A DNA stretch of 63,513 nt, filler included, from Intoshia linei (taxonomy: Eukaryota; Animalia; Orthonectida): the NCBI GenBank assembly GCA_001642005.1. It is 4 parts of 4 records of this genome, joined end to end, with 100 filler letters (N's around TTAATTAATTAA, not from the genome) between each part and the next. Parts side by side here need not be neighbours in the genome. Positions count along the whole stretch, not along the records: positions 38,362 to 63,513 come from LWCA01000500.1; 3 more parts are not named here. One strand, given 5' to 3'. The position numbers and the translations under genes are program-made. The notes beneath the pieces were generated by a model. It was not told the origin of the DNA. It made no database searches and saw only the letters and a list, made by a program, of their open reading frames with translations. Below, in pieces: positions 39,935 to 53,204 of this stretch. Numbering within the stretch: position 1 is the first letter of the stretch; the number at the start of each line of letters is the position of its first letter.

Positions 39935-41268
39935 TTGTTAATATCATTTATATATTACAATCCTTTGCAATAATGGTAATATTCGACTGAAATGTTTATA
40001 AAGTGAAAATTCAGTTAATTATTGATACACAATTTGTATTTTTAAGTATTTAGAAAATTGGTACTGAATATATGTCATCAGTGACGTATGATTCATCACA
40101 TTGAAAATGACAAAATAGGTTTTCATAATTTTATTTTTTCTGGAATTTATGCTATTTATGACAATTTTTTAATGAGTGTTTTTACTTTATTGTTAAGATT
40201 ATACAACTCATTCTGTCTAATAAATTATTTCTTTAATTTTATTTTTTCTGGAATTTATGCTATTTATGACAATTTTTAGGATTGGACGTTTTTACTTTAC
40301 TTTGTAATATTATATATATTTAGAAGCTGAATATTCCGATTTGCATTACTATATTAATTGTATTTACAGCATGATATCATATGGAAAAATGCAAAAATTA
40401 CAAAGAATAATAGACAGAAACATTGTAGACTTACAAAAATGTACATATAAGCTACTGTTTAATATGAAAAATGAAAATTAAATAAATAATATAATAACCT
40501 TCAATGACTTGCACTTGTAAAAAAATTTAGTAAATATACCTCTTTCATCTTCAAAACACTTTAAAATTTTGGCGGTAAACTGGATTATTATGACGTCGTT
40601 TATTTAATTAAACTGTTTGTGTTGTGCTAATTAATAATCGCATCAATCATTTTATAATTTTTAACTTCAAGGTTAGAATTGTCATCGGTATTATTAATAG
40701 CATTGTTCAATAACATGTAAATTAATTTCACCTTTATTTTCTTAAATTTTGAGTATTTTTATAATTGATACTCTTGTATGTATTATATTTTCATTCTAAA
40801 ACAATTGTTAGTGAATATACCTTTCATGTTAAAAACACTTTTAAAGATATAATATTCAAACGTCAATAAAATAAATCAACTGAAAATTTTGGTGGCAAAC
40901 TCGATTACTATGATTTTGTTTATTTAATTAAACTTTTTGTTTTGTGCTAATCAATAATCGCATTAATGATTTTATAATTTATAACTTCAAAATTAGTAAA
41001 GTAATACATAATATTAATACAATAAACATTATGTCTAATAAATTTAAAAAATTATTTACACAAATGTAATAAAATTAAATTGGAATAATTAATTTTATAT
41101 TAAAAAGTAATGTGATATAACGGTTCCACATGAAACAAGTTTGAGAACCACAGGATTCTCAAAAAAGGATCGTAGCATTTTTAATTTAGATTTTTTTTAA
41201 GTAATTAAAATTTCCGCCGTCGGTAGAGTTAGATGATGTTTGTACGTAGTACATAACAGTCAGCCTAG
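39935..41268 (+). mobile_element. Helitron-like family copy interrupted by an insert of about 0.7 kb
   Basis: 39935-40314 and about 41025-41268 are consecutive parts of the element seen at 11895-12424. The copy ends in hairpin + CTAG|T at 41268. Confidence 0.75.
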
Positions 41269-41391
41269 TTTATATATTTTAAATATAAATTGGGAAATGA
41301 TAAAAGAATGATGACAATGCCAAAATAAACTAAAAATGAAAGAGTAATTATCCAGAAATAAAGTACAGTATATTTAAATCAAAATTGAGAT

Positions 41392-44300
41392 ATGAGTAAA
41401 GAAAATGACGAAATATTAAATTGTGAGGATTCATTATCAAGTCCACTTGAAAATTTAAATATTGATAAATACAAATTTGATGATACTGTCGATAAACCAC
41501 TTACCAACATTGATATAATTTTAAACGAAATTATCTCTTCCGACGATCATTTGATTAAAACAATATGGTTTGAATTAATAATTTTTTATAAAATTTAAAT
41601 TATTAGTACAATTTACGAAGAAAATTTATTTGAGGAAGTTGAAAAGACGCTGGAAGAACGAATTAAAAATGCTGATGCGTCAATAGAAAAATTGTGTTCG
41701 GAAAATTACAATGGATTTATAGATTCAATGAGAACATTATTGGACATAAAAGATGATGCACTTTTGTTGAAGGTTTAATAATTATGGTTAACATAATTAC
41801 CATTTTTATATTTTCTAGAACAACATCGTCAATACAAACAAGGAAATAAACAGTGTTTTGGGTGCGGTATTAGCAAAAAATAAGGAAATTTTGGAATTGA
41901 ACCAAATTAATGAAAATATGAATTTAGCTTTAAATGCCTTGGAAGAATGCATGCCTGGTTTATTGTTTCTAATTATCTTGATAATATTTAGCTTTGGAGG
42001 CTTATAATCGATTAAGGGAAGAAATGAAAAATAAGAGGTCCTTTTACTATAAATAATTCATTATTTCGATAGATTTTTTAATGCTCTTCAACTTATTGAT
42101 CAATTAAAAAATGTATATTTAATGAACATTGAAAAATATAAATTTGCTGAAGAAATTAGCCAATTATTGGACACTACAAACGACAAAATTAAAATTGAAA
42201 CCAGAATGGATTTGGCAGATTTTTTAAATAAAATTCGCAAGTACACCAAACTTAGCGGGGACATTATAATGCACAAAGTAAATCTTTTATTTGAAAATTT
42301 CTAAAATTGTATATTTAGTTTGCAGCAAAGCACAATGTAACTGGACTGGCAAAAACTAACGATTATTCAAATATGAATCAACAAATTCTTGCAGATGTAA
42401 TTTATAACTATTGATTTGTATATTATTATTGTTGCAATAAAAATGGTATATACATACATTTAATTATTTTATAAATAATATTATTTAGCAATGTGATGTA
42501 TCAAATATTAAAAAAATTCGACAGAAACATAAAAGTTATAAGTTTACAATGCACTTTTCAAACCAAAAGAAAGATAAAGAAATTGATGTAAAATTTCATA
42601 TTTTTTTTATATTTAATAGTTGATTAATCAATTTTCTATGGATGCAATTGTTTCTTTTGAACAATTGTATAGAATTGTTCACATTTATGCCATAATGGTA
42701 ATTTTTAATTTTGCATCACTTTTTTAATAATATTAATACTTTCTTAAGGATTGCACTGAAGATTTTGAAATAATGTATAAAAACGAACGCATGAAACAAT
42801 TAAATCAAGCCATAGAATCCAACCAAAAAATTGTAAAACTAGAGATATTATTACAAGTATTATTTTTTATAGATACCATTTAATGATACTAACGGATTTT
42901 GCGATTATTTTTATTCTATTTGTGGGTATTTTTTACGTTACATTATTATTTATAATTATTTTAGATTTTTTGTTACTGAAGATTATATTATTCAAAAATT
43001 GTCGGGTTTAGTGGGTAGAGCATATTTGGATTCTTTGTGGCAAGAGAATAAAGAAAAATTTTTACTGTTTATTCAAAATTCTCTTGTATCTGCCATTTTG
43101 TATTTTATCTTATTGTTTTAGAACACTTTTTCCAATTATTGTGGAGATAAAATGGAAAGCTTGTTGGAAGTTAAATCTATTGTTTTGGCGTTTTATCATA
43201 CCATGATGGTAATTTTGTCTGTTTAATTTTGATTATGATTTTGATTTTTGCAGGAATATGGATTTCGTGTTAGTTCAATATATGATTTGTTGAAGAATAT
43301 TCAGTAATTATATAATTATGATATTTTTGTATTTATTCTTTTTTAAACATTTTACAAAAACTAGTCTTTTTCATTACGTTAAATATAGTGTAAATTTGTA
43401 AGTATTTTTTTCTAACTAGGTCCCACATTTAACACCAATTTATAATGCTTTTTATTTCAGGCGAGAATATCAACAAATTTTGATGCAAAACTGCGCTGAA
43501 GCTTTTAATGCCCATTTGGATTCAGATAATTTTTCATCCATAAATATTGATTATTCTGAATCTTTTTTTTCATTGTTTGGAGCTTATTCAAAAGAGATTA
43601 AAGATTATATTGAAAACTATATTGACAAAGTAAGTACACATATTTTTAATATTAACCCATTTTCTCCCAATGTGACCAGAATGCAATGCGATGCCGTTAA
43701 TAATACATTTATTATATTTAATTTTTTACTATAATTTGTATTTTTATTGAATTTACTGATCAACACAATCTGTCTGTTTTCTGCAGGGCTATAATGATTC
43801 AAATGTATTCGATTTTTAAATATTAATATGAGATTATAGATTAGATTATCATCAAACAGTAAAAAATTAGCCTGCATACGTCGTAGAGTTGGAATTAGTG
43901 CCCTACCTTCATAAGTCATTGTATAATTTTAAAATGTGTTTCAGATTTAACGTTATAGTATAAGTTCTTGATAGGGTGGGACTGCAAGTGAATAGACCGG
44001 TTGCATGATTTATAAAGAATTAGATTGACTTTATTGTACTTCGCACAAACTGTAGCTAGCTCTCTCTGCCGAGGACGAAATTTTCTAATCTATCAAAAAA
44101 TTTTGAATAAATGTCTCATAAATACCAAACATGTTACTACTTGTTTTTTCTTCTACTAACTTTTTAAAACAGCGTTCTCAATTTGCTTTACCATGGTTAG
44201 TGATTGTGCCGGGACAAAATTTCCGAGATTTTAACGATTTCCCGGAATTTCCCGAAAAAAATTGAGACATATCTGTATTTGATTTATGTTTGTTATTACT

Positions 44301-47300
44301 ATGAAAATATGAAATAAATTTCTTTAAGGTTTCTAAAATTTTTAGTGCTTCTATATTATATATAAATAAAAATTTTTTATTTTTCCCGGGAAATTTAATT
44401 TTTAATTTCCCGGTTCTCGACTTTTGTCATTTTCCGGAAATCACAATTACTAACCATGGTGTAATATTGGAAACTGGTTTGATACACAGTATTCTGTCTA
44501 TAACTCGCTATTCTTGGGATTTAGAAAAATTTGGAGAGGTTGATAATTTATAATTTTAGAAACAGAACATAAAACTTTAAATTCAAATTGATTAAATTAC
44601 AATAACATTTAAATTGTAATACAAATTAATTAAAATTTATTTTATCAAAAAATCCATTTTTGCAACTGCTGTAAACTGGAATAAGCTCTATGAGAATAGT
44701 CTTTTTTTTTAATTTTCGGACTGTTAATTATTTCACATTTTTTTGTTTTAATAAAATGTTTCGGAAAAAAATACATGAATACTAAAATGCCTTTTTGACC
44801 GTGAAGTCGTCATTTATTGAGAGTGAAATTTTTTATGTGTGTTAACATGATACAACTCTACCACCTGTAAATTTTTTGAAATTCCAGGGCTGTTTTCAAA
44901 AAAAAAGGAAGGGAATTTGTGGTTTTGGCCATGAAGGTATAATTTTTTTAAATTTAAATTTATGATAATGTTGATTATTTTAAAATCCGCATCAGTGTAT
45001 ATATTTTTTTAAATTCTTTAATTTGTTTAATTTTCAAAAAGAGGGACAACAGGGGTTTTTGACCCTTAAGATGTGAAATTGGGAGTTTGAAATTTATGTT
45101 ATTATACGCTCCGGAAAAAACTGTAATTGAAATGTGGTCTTTAAAAAATTTTAAGAGTACTAGTTATTTCAAAAAAGTCACACACACACAGACAGACAGA
45201 CACACAAACAAAAATCGCGTAGCCTTTTTTTTAAGTTAGGATTAATTAAATATTTTTTAAAAATTATATTTAAATTAAAAGATGAGTTTACTAAATAATA
45301 AATCAGTAAATACACTGTATATTATACACTATATATACGATTTTAGGATTCTACTTCGAATATTCAATTTTCCGTTTCTATGTCTGGAATTTTTGTTGAA
45401 TTTATCAAATATATCGACAAAACCGTAAATTTCTCTAATAATTTATCTATGAGGTAATTTTTTCAGTGCAATTGAGTATTATTTTATTTTTTATTGAATT
45501 TATGCCGGGAGTAGCTAACCTTTTATTTCCGATGATCAAGCTTGCGGAAAGGTTTAAAGGACCCAGGCTTACTAATAAAGACTAGAATCCAAATATTATT
45601 ACATAGACTTACATTATTTGTAAATTTACTTGACAAGTAAACATTAAGATAAATTATTATTTTTTTCTTAAAATTAAAATTATGAAAGTCCATATAAATA
45701 ATTAACCCTTTCACTGTCTGAAATGTTCATTTTAATTTGAATATAATTTAATCTTGTTTGATAAAAGTTCTTTTTTGACCCTGAAGAAGTTACTTTGTGA
45801 GATTCAAATTTGCTGTGTATGTTAACTGGAGATAGCTGTAATAACGATAATTTTTTATAAAATTCTAGGACTCTTCGTTATTGAAATAAATGATAACGGA
45901 TAGACAGACAACAAAGAGTTTTATGTAAGTTAGGATTGTATGTTACAAGTAAATAAAAAATTAATCACATGGGCCCATTTGCACAGTTTGGACCCCTATG
46001 AGCATTGAAACGCATTGAGTCTGAATTAAAATCATTGCATTATTTTATTATGAAAAACTGTATTAGAAATGGGTATTATTAAAACTCTACGCCCATTATT
46101 TGCTTCTAATTTAATTTTAAATACGAAAATCTAAATTTTATGACTATTTAATGAATTAGTTAATTAAAATATAATAAGACTCTAAAAATATTGCTTAGAT
46201 TACATTTTTCTAAAAATCATTTTTCTTGCTATATACAGCCTTAAATAAGGCTCAATGTTATATAACTCATAAAAAATGAAGTGTATAGTACAGCAGTGTA
46301 TTTCACCAGTGACACATAGATTTGTTCACATTTGAAAATTACTACATTTGTAAATATTTCGGCTATATTTTATAATTTTGAGTTTTCAAAAAGTGAAAAT
46401 TTGAATATAATTAATGTAAACATTTCTCATAATAAATGTATAGTCTCCTAAGGGTTAATTAAATATCAAAGTTATTGTTATATATTCTAATTTAATTTAA
46501 TAATTTTTCTTAAATCTCATGTCCGTCAGACTATTTAGGTCCTTGGCGGTCCAATCCTTCCATTTCGGAACCACTTTTCTTGATGACAAGACACTTACAT
46601 TTTACTTTTAGTTCAACTGAATCCATTGAAGTAACACGACAATACATGAACATTTTATTTGCAAAAGTGTTATGCAAGATTATACTGGATAAAATTTGTG
46701 ATAATAATATGGAAATGGTTTATCTTTTTATATCATGATAATTTCATTATATTGATTTTTAAGTATTGATTCCTTTTGAGCGAGTTTTTTTTAATTTCAC
46801 AGTGCATCACTGAATAATATATCACGTATCAAACGTAAAACAGTCATACGTTTGAACAAATTTGTTCACCTTGACTCTGGAATAAGAGAAATTTTATAAT
46901 TTTAATCAAAAATATCTGTAATACATCATGTATTATACATGTATCAAGATGAAATATTTTTATAAATAATTTATCTGTTAGGGAAATTGTATTCACAATG
47001 TGCATGTTATCTTTTTATTTTAGATTTTACAAATTTACAAAAATACGATTTGGTTTAATAGAATGTTTCCATATATGGATATGTACATTTGCAAGATTTG
47101 CAGGTTATTTTATATTTTAAAAATTATATTCAAAATATTATAAATATTTTAACCCTGATGTTACACTTTTTTGATTATGTATCTTTGATCACTTTACATC
47201 TATTTTAATTATATTCTAAACCTTATTTTATAATTTAGTGATGATTCTAATATTAAATTGTCATATTCAAAGAGAAACTCCGTTTTACAGGTAATTTGAT

Positions 47301-48535
47301 TGATTTCATAAATCATATCAATCATTTAGGATTTATCTACTGATTGTCAATTGCGAATTTTTGATGTGTTGAATGCAAAAATTGACGAATTTTTTAAATT
47401 GGGTTATTAATTATCACATTTTAAACTATTTCAATTATGTAACGGTTTATCTTAACTTTGTTAATGTTAATGTTTTGTTGCTCATGGATAATCCTCCAAT
47501 ATCCTTCACATTATTCAAAAAAAAATATAGTAAAAATTGATAAAGGTTGGTCCATTTTTTAAACTCCCGCGAACAGTTACATGGTGTCCAGTGGACACTG
47601 TCCACGGATGTTTCTTATTTTGCGTTGAATAATAACATTAATTTTTACGACTTGGGAGATGGTTCTCAACAAAGTGGTACAAGATTCAATTAAATTTAAA
47701 AATAATGTTTTTCGTTTTATTTTCATTAAAATAAATTCGCAGTTTATGGCTCACTAAATTTATGTTATATATTTATGTGTTTGAATGGCAAGATTATCAT
47801 TTTTAATTGTAATATAAATGAATTTAGAAAATTATAATCCCATAATGAAAGAAAGCTCATTGGAACCTAGCCAATACATTATTGATATGATAGATTTTCT
47901 AAAATCAATATTCTCTGTGAATTTACCGGTAGTTTTTATAATATATTTGACATAAATAGAATGATGTAGTCAAAGACGCTTGTTTCAAAGTTTGTAAACA
48001 TGTAGTAGTAAAATTTAAGAAAAAATTGTTGGATAGTAAAGTGAAAGAAATTAGTGCCTCTTTTTTGATGCAAATTCAATTGGATCTATTGAAATTATCT
48101 AGTATAATTTTTTTTAATTTATATTTTTAAAATTTATATTATACAGATTTTACTTCTTATCCAAATCTAAATGATACAGATATTCAATACACTCAGGAAC
48201 TGTTCTTAGATATTTACCAAGTTTATATTAATTAACGTTGTAAGTAATATTATTTAGTTGTTGGATCTTTGTTTGAGTATGGAGTGGGAATCATATATCG
48301 AAATGCTTTACAAGGCAAATTTTCTACCATCTACATACAAATTTTCTAGAGTTGATCCTAAATCGGCTTTAATTATGCTGGAAAAGTTGAAACATTATGT
48401 TATAATTTAATTAATTCTAGAATTAAAAATCATGAAAATTTCAGCATTATAATTATGAATAAAGCTAGTAGAAATAAAAAGAATATGATTGAAAATTGCA
48501 TTAAACGTCTTAAGGAACTTCTCGGTTCTATTTAA
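41392..48535 (+). CDS. EXOC6: Exocyst complex component 6 (Sec15), multi-exon
   Basis: Spliced translation LEERIKNADASIEKLCSENYNGFIDSMRTLL ... FFNALQLIDQLKNVYL...RMDLADFLNKIRKY ... VSFEQLYRIVHIY ... GFFVTEDYII ... IDEFFKL ... EPSQYIIDMIDFLKSIF ... KFSRVDPKSALIMLEK follows Sec15 throughout. Stop at 48533-48535. Confidence 0.93.
43790..44030 (-). mobile_element. Possible degenerate CR1-type LINE fragment in a Sec15 intron
   Basis: MTYEGRALIPTLRRMQAN resembles the YEERL..L.LPTL..RR motif of CR1 ORF2, and upstream LILYKSCNRSI resembles LLYKSLVRS. The match is weak. Confidence 0.4.
44191..44459. mobile_element. MITE with 18-bp TIR
   Basis: ccatggttagtgattgtg / cacaattactaaccatgg (17 of 18 match), with internal cccggga motifs. 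A partial inverted copy lies at about 36670-36775. No clear TSD. Confidence 0.75.
44640..45242 (-). mobile_element. Helitron-like family 5' portion (reverse orientation)
   Basis: The reverse strand begins A|TCCTAACTTA...GCTACGCG followed by a (GTCT/GT)n microsatellite, like the starts at 2399, 35787 and 62194. Confidence 0.6.
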
Positions 48536-49717
48536 ATGTTATTCAATGTTGGTTATTTATTATTTATCGTTTTTAAATAAATTTATTTTTAACGTTTAAC
48601 GTAATCATTATTCCGTCAAAAATTCAAATCATATTTATTATTTTGAAAATACACATTTCCGTCAACTTTTATGTCAAAGAATGAAAGATTAAACATTTTA
48701 TTTATTATTTTTTCTGAGACACTGAGAAAAATTTAAATTCACATTTCAGAACTGTTGTTGATTTATTCTAACGACACAGTAGAGTCTCCGGAACGATCCC
48801 AAGTTCATGTTCAGGTCGTGTCAGGATTTTAAAAATTAGTGAATAAAATTGAGTTAATAAATATATATAAATTTAATTTGATGTGCATTGACCGTTTATG
48901 ATGAAATAAGTTTGGGAATCACTCCTTCATCGAAAATGCATAATATGCATTTTAATTTTATTTCTTCTCAGGTTTATGTTTTTTTATGACAATTTAATTG
49001 TTTTTAAGATTATACACTTATTGTTTAACAAATTAACAAAATTAAGACGTCCGCTCTCGACAGAGCCAACTGCTTTTTAATTTAAAATAGATATGAATTC
49101 ATTAAATTATCATTCCTTTGCTTTTTTAAAAAATTTATAAACCGGACAAAGTTTTACGTTAATTTTTACTTCGTTTTGGGTGTAAGAGTCTCGTGGGTTA
49201 AATATGATGTTCTATATGAGTAAAAGTGATTGAAGTATCCGTAAAGATTATATCACTGGCCCGAATACTATGTTTCCTAAGCCGGTTAATATAAATTGTA
49301 CAATGTACATTTATATTTTATGTAATAATATATTTATAAATGTAAGATATAAGAATAAGGCAATATAATTGCTAAATTGAATAGGGAATTCAGTACATCT
49401 TAACATCTATAGGTGACATTGACGCAATCAGATTTTCAATAATAATTACACACTAAAATAACCTTAATTAAAAAAATACGATATTATTAAAATGTGTAAA
49501 ATTTTATTATATAAACTTATCTGAAAATTCTTTGACTAGCTGATAAAATTAAGGATAATTTAGTATTAGTTCTATATAATTCCCAATCCAATTTGTCACA
49601 GTATTCGTCAAAGGAAAGTGATCTCATTCTTAACCTTACCTTTAGCATTATTTAAATAGTCTACAGGATTTGTAGTTTTATTTATTTAACATTCACTTTA
49701 TATTTTGAAACAAGAAA

Positions 49718-51968
49718 ATGGTGAGTTTTTAATATATTTCTTTTAAATATAAGGTATTATATATATTTTAGAAACTCGGTTCAGACGAAATGGAAGGTAA
49801 TATATTTGCTTTGGCATACTTGAAATTTATATATTGATCGAAGAATTATTTTTTGCCACTTGATGCTGATGACAGGCATTTCGATCATTTATAGTTGAAT
49901 GAAACAGGTGACCCCTTATATTGAGTAATACATTATGTGCGACCACAGTCCGCATTCGACGCATGAAAAATTTTTTTTGTCAATAAAATTTAAGATCTGA
50001 GAAGATGTTGGGATCACATCAATCTAAGATTTTTGATTAAAACTATTTCGAGAACCCATTAAAATAAGATTTTAACGTTTTATTAACTATTGTATAATTA
50101 GTATCCACAGAAAATGCCACAATGTTTACAAATTTACAAAAAAATCGCCACTTAGCCATGATTACATAATTGTAAATATTCAATTAATTTTATTGTTAAT
50201 GATATATTTTCTTGGATTCTGTTGACATTTTTAATATTCTATCTTTGCGATTTTAAAAATGTGCATTCTGCAGTAATAATAAAAAATGTACAGTTTACAC
50301 GGTTCTAATTAGTCATCATGTCAAATCCATTACATTATATAGATTAAACCAAATTGTTTTTAATTAGTACATTGCACTTTCAAATACAGAGTAGTTATTT
50401 ACATAGCATTCAAATTCAAATTTGTATATTAAATATTGAAATTAATAAAAATATCTTACAATAAAAATTTTGAAATTTTTTCTTATCTTGGCACCCACAT
50501 ATTCACCAAGAAATTAAAAACAGGTAATAGTTGAACGATACAAAAAATATTTATTTAAAAATATATCATACTAATATCTTCTGTCTCCCATGTAGTTTCT
50601 TCAGTGATCATCTATTTTGTAAATATAATATATTAGGCGTACAGTGTACGCCGTACACTCACAAATCACAAATTACAATGAACGCATTATCCTATAAAAC
50701 TTGTTTGATATGTAATGGTTATACAATATACTGTAATGTAACATTTTATATCAAATAATTTACATACTAATTACACAGTTCATTTAATATGAAGACCAAA
50801 ATCGAATAAATTTTTAAACATTAATGAATATAAGGTAATATAATGAATATATTGTAATACATTGATTATATAAATCCATGCATTACCATTATAATGGCGT
50901 CATTATATTTATTTATAATTATTTTTCAGTCATCTACATAAGATTACAATATAATTAACTAAATCATTTCAATAAATGTGACAGTTAAACTCCGTGACTT
51001 GGTAATTATTTTTTATATGTATTTAAATTAGAAATGGTATCTGCCTTTCAAACGTTTGATACTAATGGAGATGGGAGTATATCAATGGCGGAATTTAAAA
51101 ATCTTCTTGAATGTATGAAAGAAGAATGTTCTGAAGACGTACAGGAAATGTTTAATGTGTTTGATAAGGATGGTATAATATGTTATTTTATATTATTGTT
51201 TATTACACAAATCAAGGTGATGGGTAGAGATGGAATGTACATGTTATTTAGCCACAAATTGAAAATTTATCATTAAATCATTCTTAAATTTTTTTCTACT
51301 TTATAATTAATCCATATGAACTTTTAACACTTTAATAACCCCTGCGAAGCGCTGCCCCAAACCGGAGTCGGACTGTATATAATTTAAAATTTTGCTCAAT
51401 TTGTAGTGGTCACTTTTGAGCTTTTTATTTTGCTGTGTTTATTTAATCCTGACGTGAATAATAATTGGACTAAGGAAATTTTGTATTACACTTTAAAATT
51501 ATATTTGTTAAATTCAACCCACTCGCATCGGCATTTTTGCAGAACCCCATTCTATATTATCTTATTTGACATGAAAGTACATCAATGTGGACGAATCGCC
51601 CATGATTCTTGAATACGTGTGATACCCTAATTCGATTAAACGTTAATATATTATTTAGGAGACGGAGAAATTACATTGGATGAATTTGTTACTATTATTA
51701 AAATGTTTAGTAGTCAATCGTTTAATTATTCTGCTTGCCTAGACACATTCAATCACTACGATAAAGACAAAAACGGGTTCATTACTAAAGAAGAACTCAC
51801 TGAAGCAGTTAGAAAGATGGATATGAATGTCACTGATGCTGAAATTAATAAAATTATGAGAATTGCTGATGAAAATGGGGATGGGTTAATAAGCTTCAAC
51901 GGTAAATTATAAGTCATTTTTGTAATTATATTTGAATTTTAGAATTTATTGAAATAATGAATAAATAG
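49718..51968 (+). CDS. Calmodulin-like protein with four EF-hands (about 145 aa, 5 exons)
   Basis: Exons 49718-49720 (ATG only), 49772-49796, 51032-51172, 51659-51901 and 51943-51968 give MKLGSDEMEEMVSAFQTFDTNGDGSISMAEF...FDKDGDGEITLDEF...YDKDKNGFITKEEL...ADENGDGLISFNEFIEIMNK*. It is too divergent to be canonical calmodulin. Confidence 0.93.
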
Positions 51969-52331
51969 AAAAAAAAATTAATGTATTCAATCTTACAGAA
52001 ATAAATCGTTAGTTGTATTAACGTAATTAATAATTGGATGATTAATTAAATGATATCATTATTTAGAACTGATTTTTTTCGCGTTTTAAATATATTGTAT
52101 ACATGAAAGCTTTGTTGTATGCGATTATTATTTTTGTAAATTTACATCAAAATCAATGATTCAATTATCATTAAATATAGTAATATTATTTCGTCGCAAT
52201 ATAAACTATTTTTATATTTTTCCACCAAAGCATAAGCATAATCCATTTTACAAATGTTAATTGAAACCTAAAATAATAACCTGTGAATTAACTTTTTAAT
52301 TAGGTAAAGTGAATTGTTCTTACATTTATAT

Positions 52332-52580
52332 CAGTGGTTCTCAACAGAGGAATTCCCCTAAGGGGGAATTTTACTATTAAAATGGAATATGTTGAAGAAC
52401 CAATAACAAAATTTTGGTAAAAGATGTGTAATTCGTATTCTAAACTGGGTCAAAAAGCTATTAGAATTTAGTTATTTATAGTACCAACGAACATGTACTT
52501 GTGTGAATGTTAATTTTTTACTCTTTTAAACATGAAAAAAGAAGCAGATTAAATGTTGAAGACGATTGTGCACTTTCTAA
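52332..52580 (+). mobile_element. hAT (Charlie/Buster) remnant with transposase C-terminal fragment
   Basis: Starts CAGTGGTTCTCAAC. The broken reading LGQKAIRI*LFIVPTNMYLCEC*FFTLLNMKK/RSRLNVEDDCALS matches the TYLCE.GFS...K.K.R.RL.VEDD.R.ALS motif. Confidence 0.75.
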
Positions 52581-53204
52581 AAAATATAATAGCTTAAGAT
52601 AATAAAATCAAAATCTCATTTAACGAATATTTCATTTAACGAACGTCGAAATTTTATTTTCTATATAAATGCCTAAATATTTGGTATTTAACAAATTTCT
52701 GATTAACGAACGCGTAAATTCAATAGTTAACGGAATTTTTGGTTTGTCAAAATTTTGAAATTCCGTTAAATAGGACTTAGATTGTATAACAAAAAGTAGA
52801 ACGATATAAACCATTTTATTAGAAATAGACGTGTTTGTTCAATTTAATTTATTAATAGTATTTATAAATTTAAATATTTAACAGGCGGTTAATTTACTTT
52901 GAATGAGTTTCTACGTCTTTTTTAGATTTTAAGTGATTAATCATTTAATTATCAGGAGTGTTTCGAGTCGCTAAATTTGTAAAATAAATAAAATCGATAC
53001 ACAACCAAATACGAATGTACGTCAAATTTTTTAAGAAAAACAATTACGATTTGACCGATAAATGATGAAATTTTCTGATAAAACTGAACACTGCTTAGAA
53101 TACTTCACTGCCAAATTAAATAAAATCCATTTCGGTAAATAACTGTAAATTTAAGAATTTAATGTAATAATGAATAAATAGAACAAAAATAAGAGTATGC
53201 AATC

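Noticed and set aside
45702-46458. TTAA|CCCTT...AAGGG|TTAA piggyBac-like boundaries
   Set aside because: Only 5 bp of inverted match, which could be chance in AT-rich DNA.
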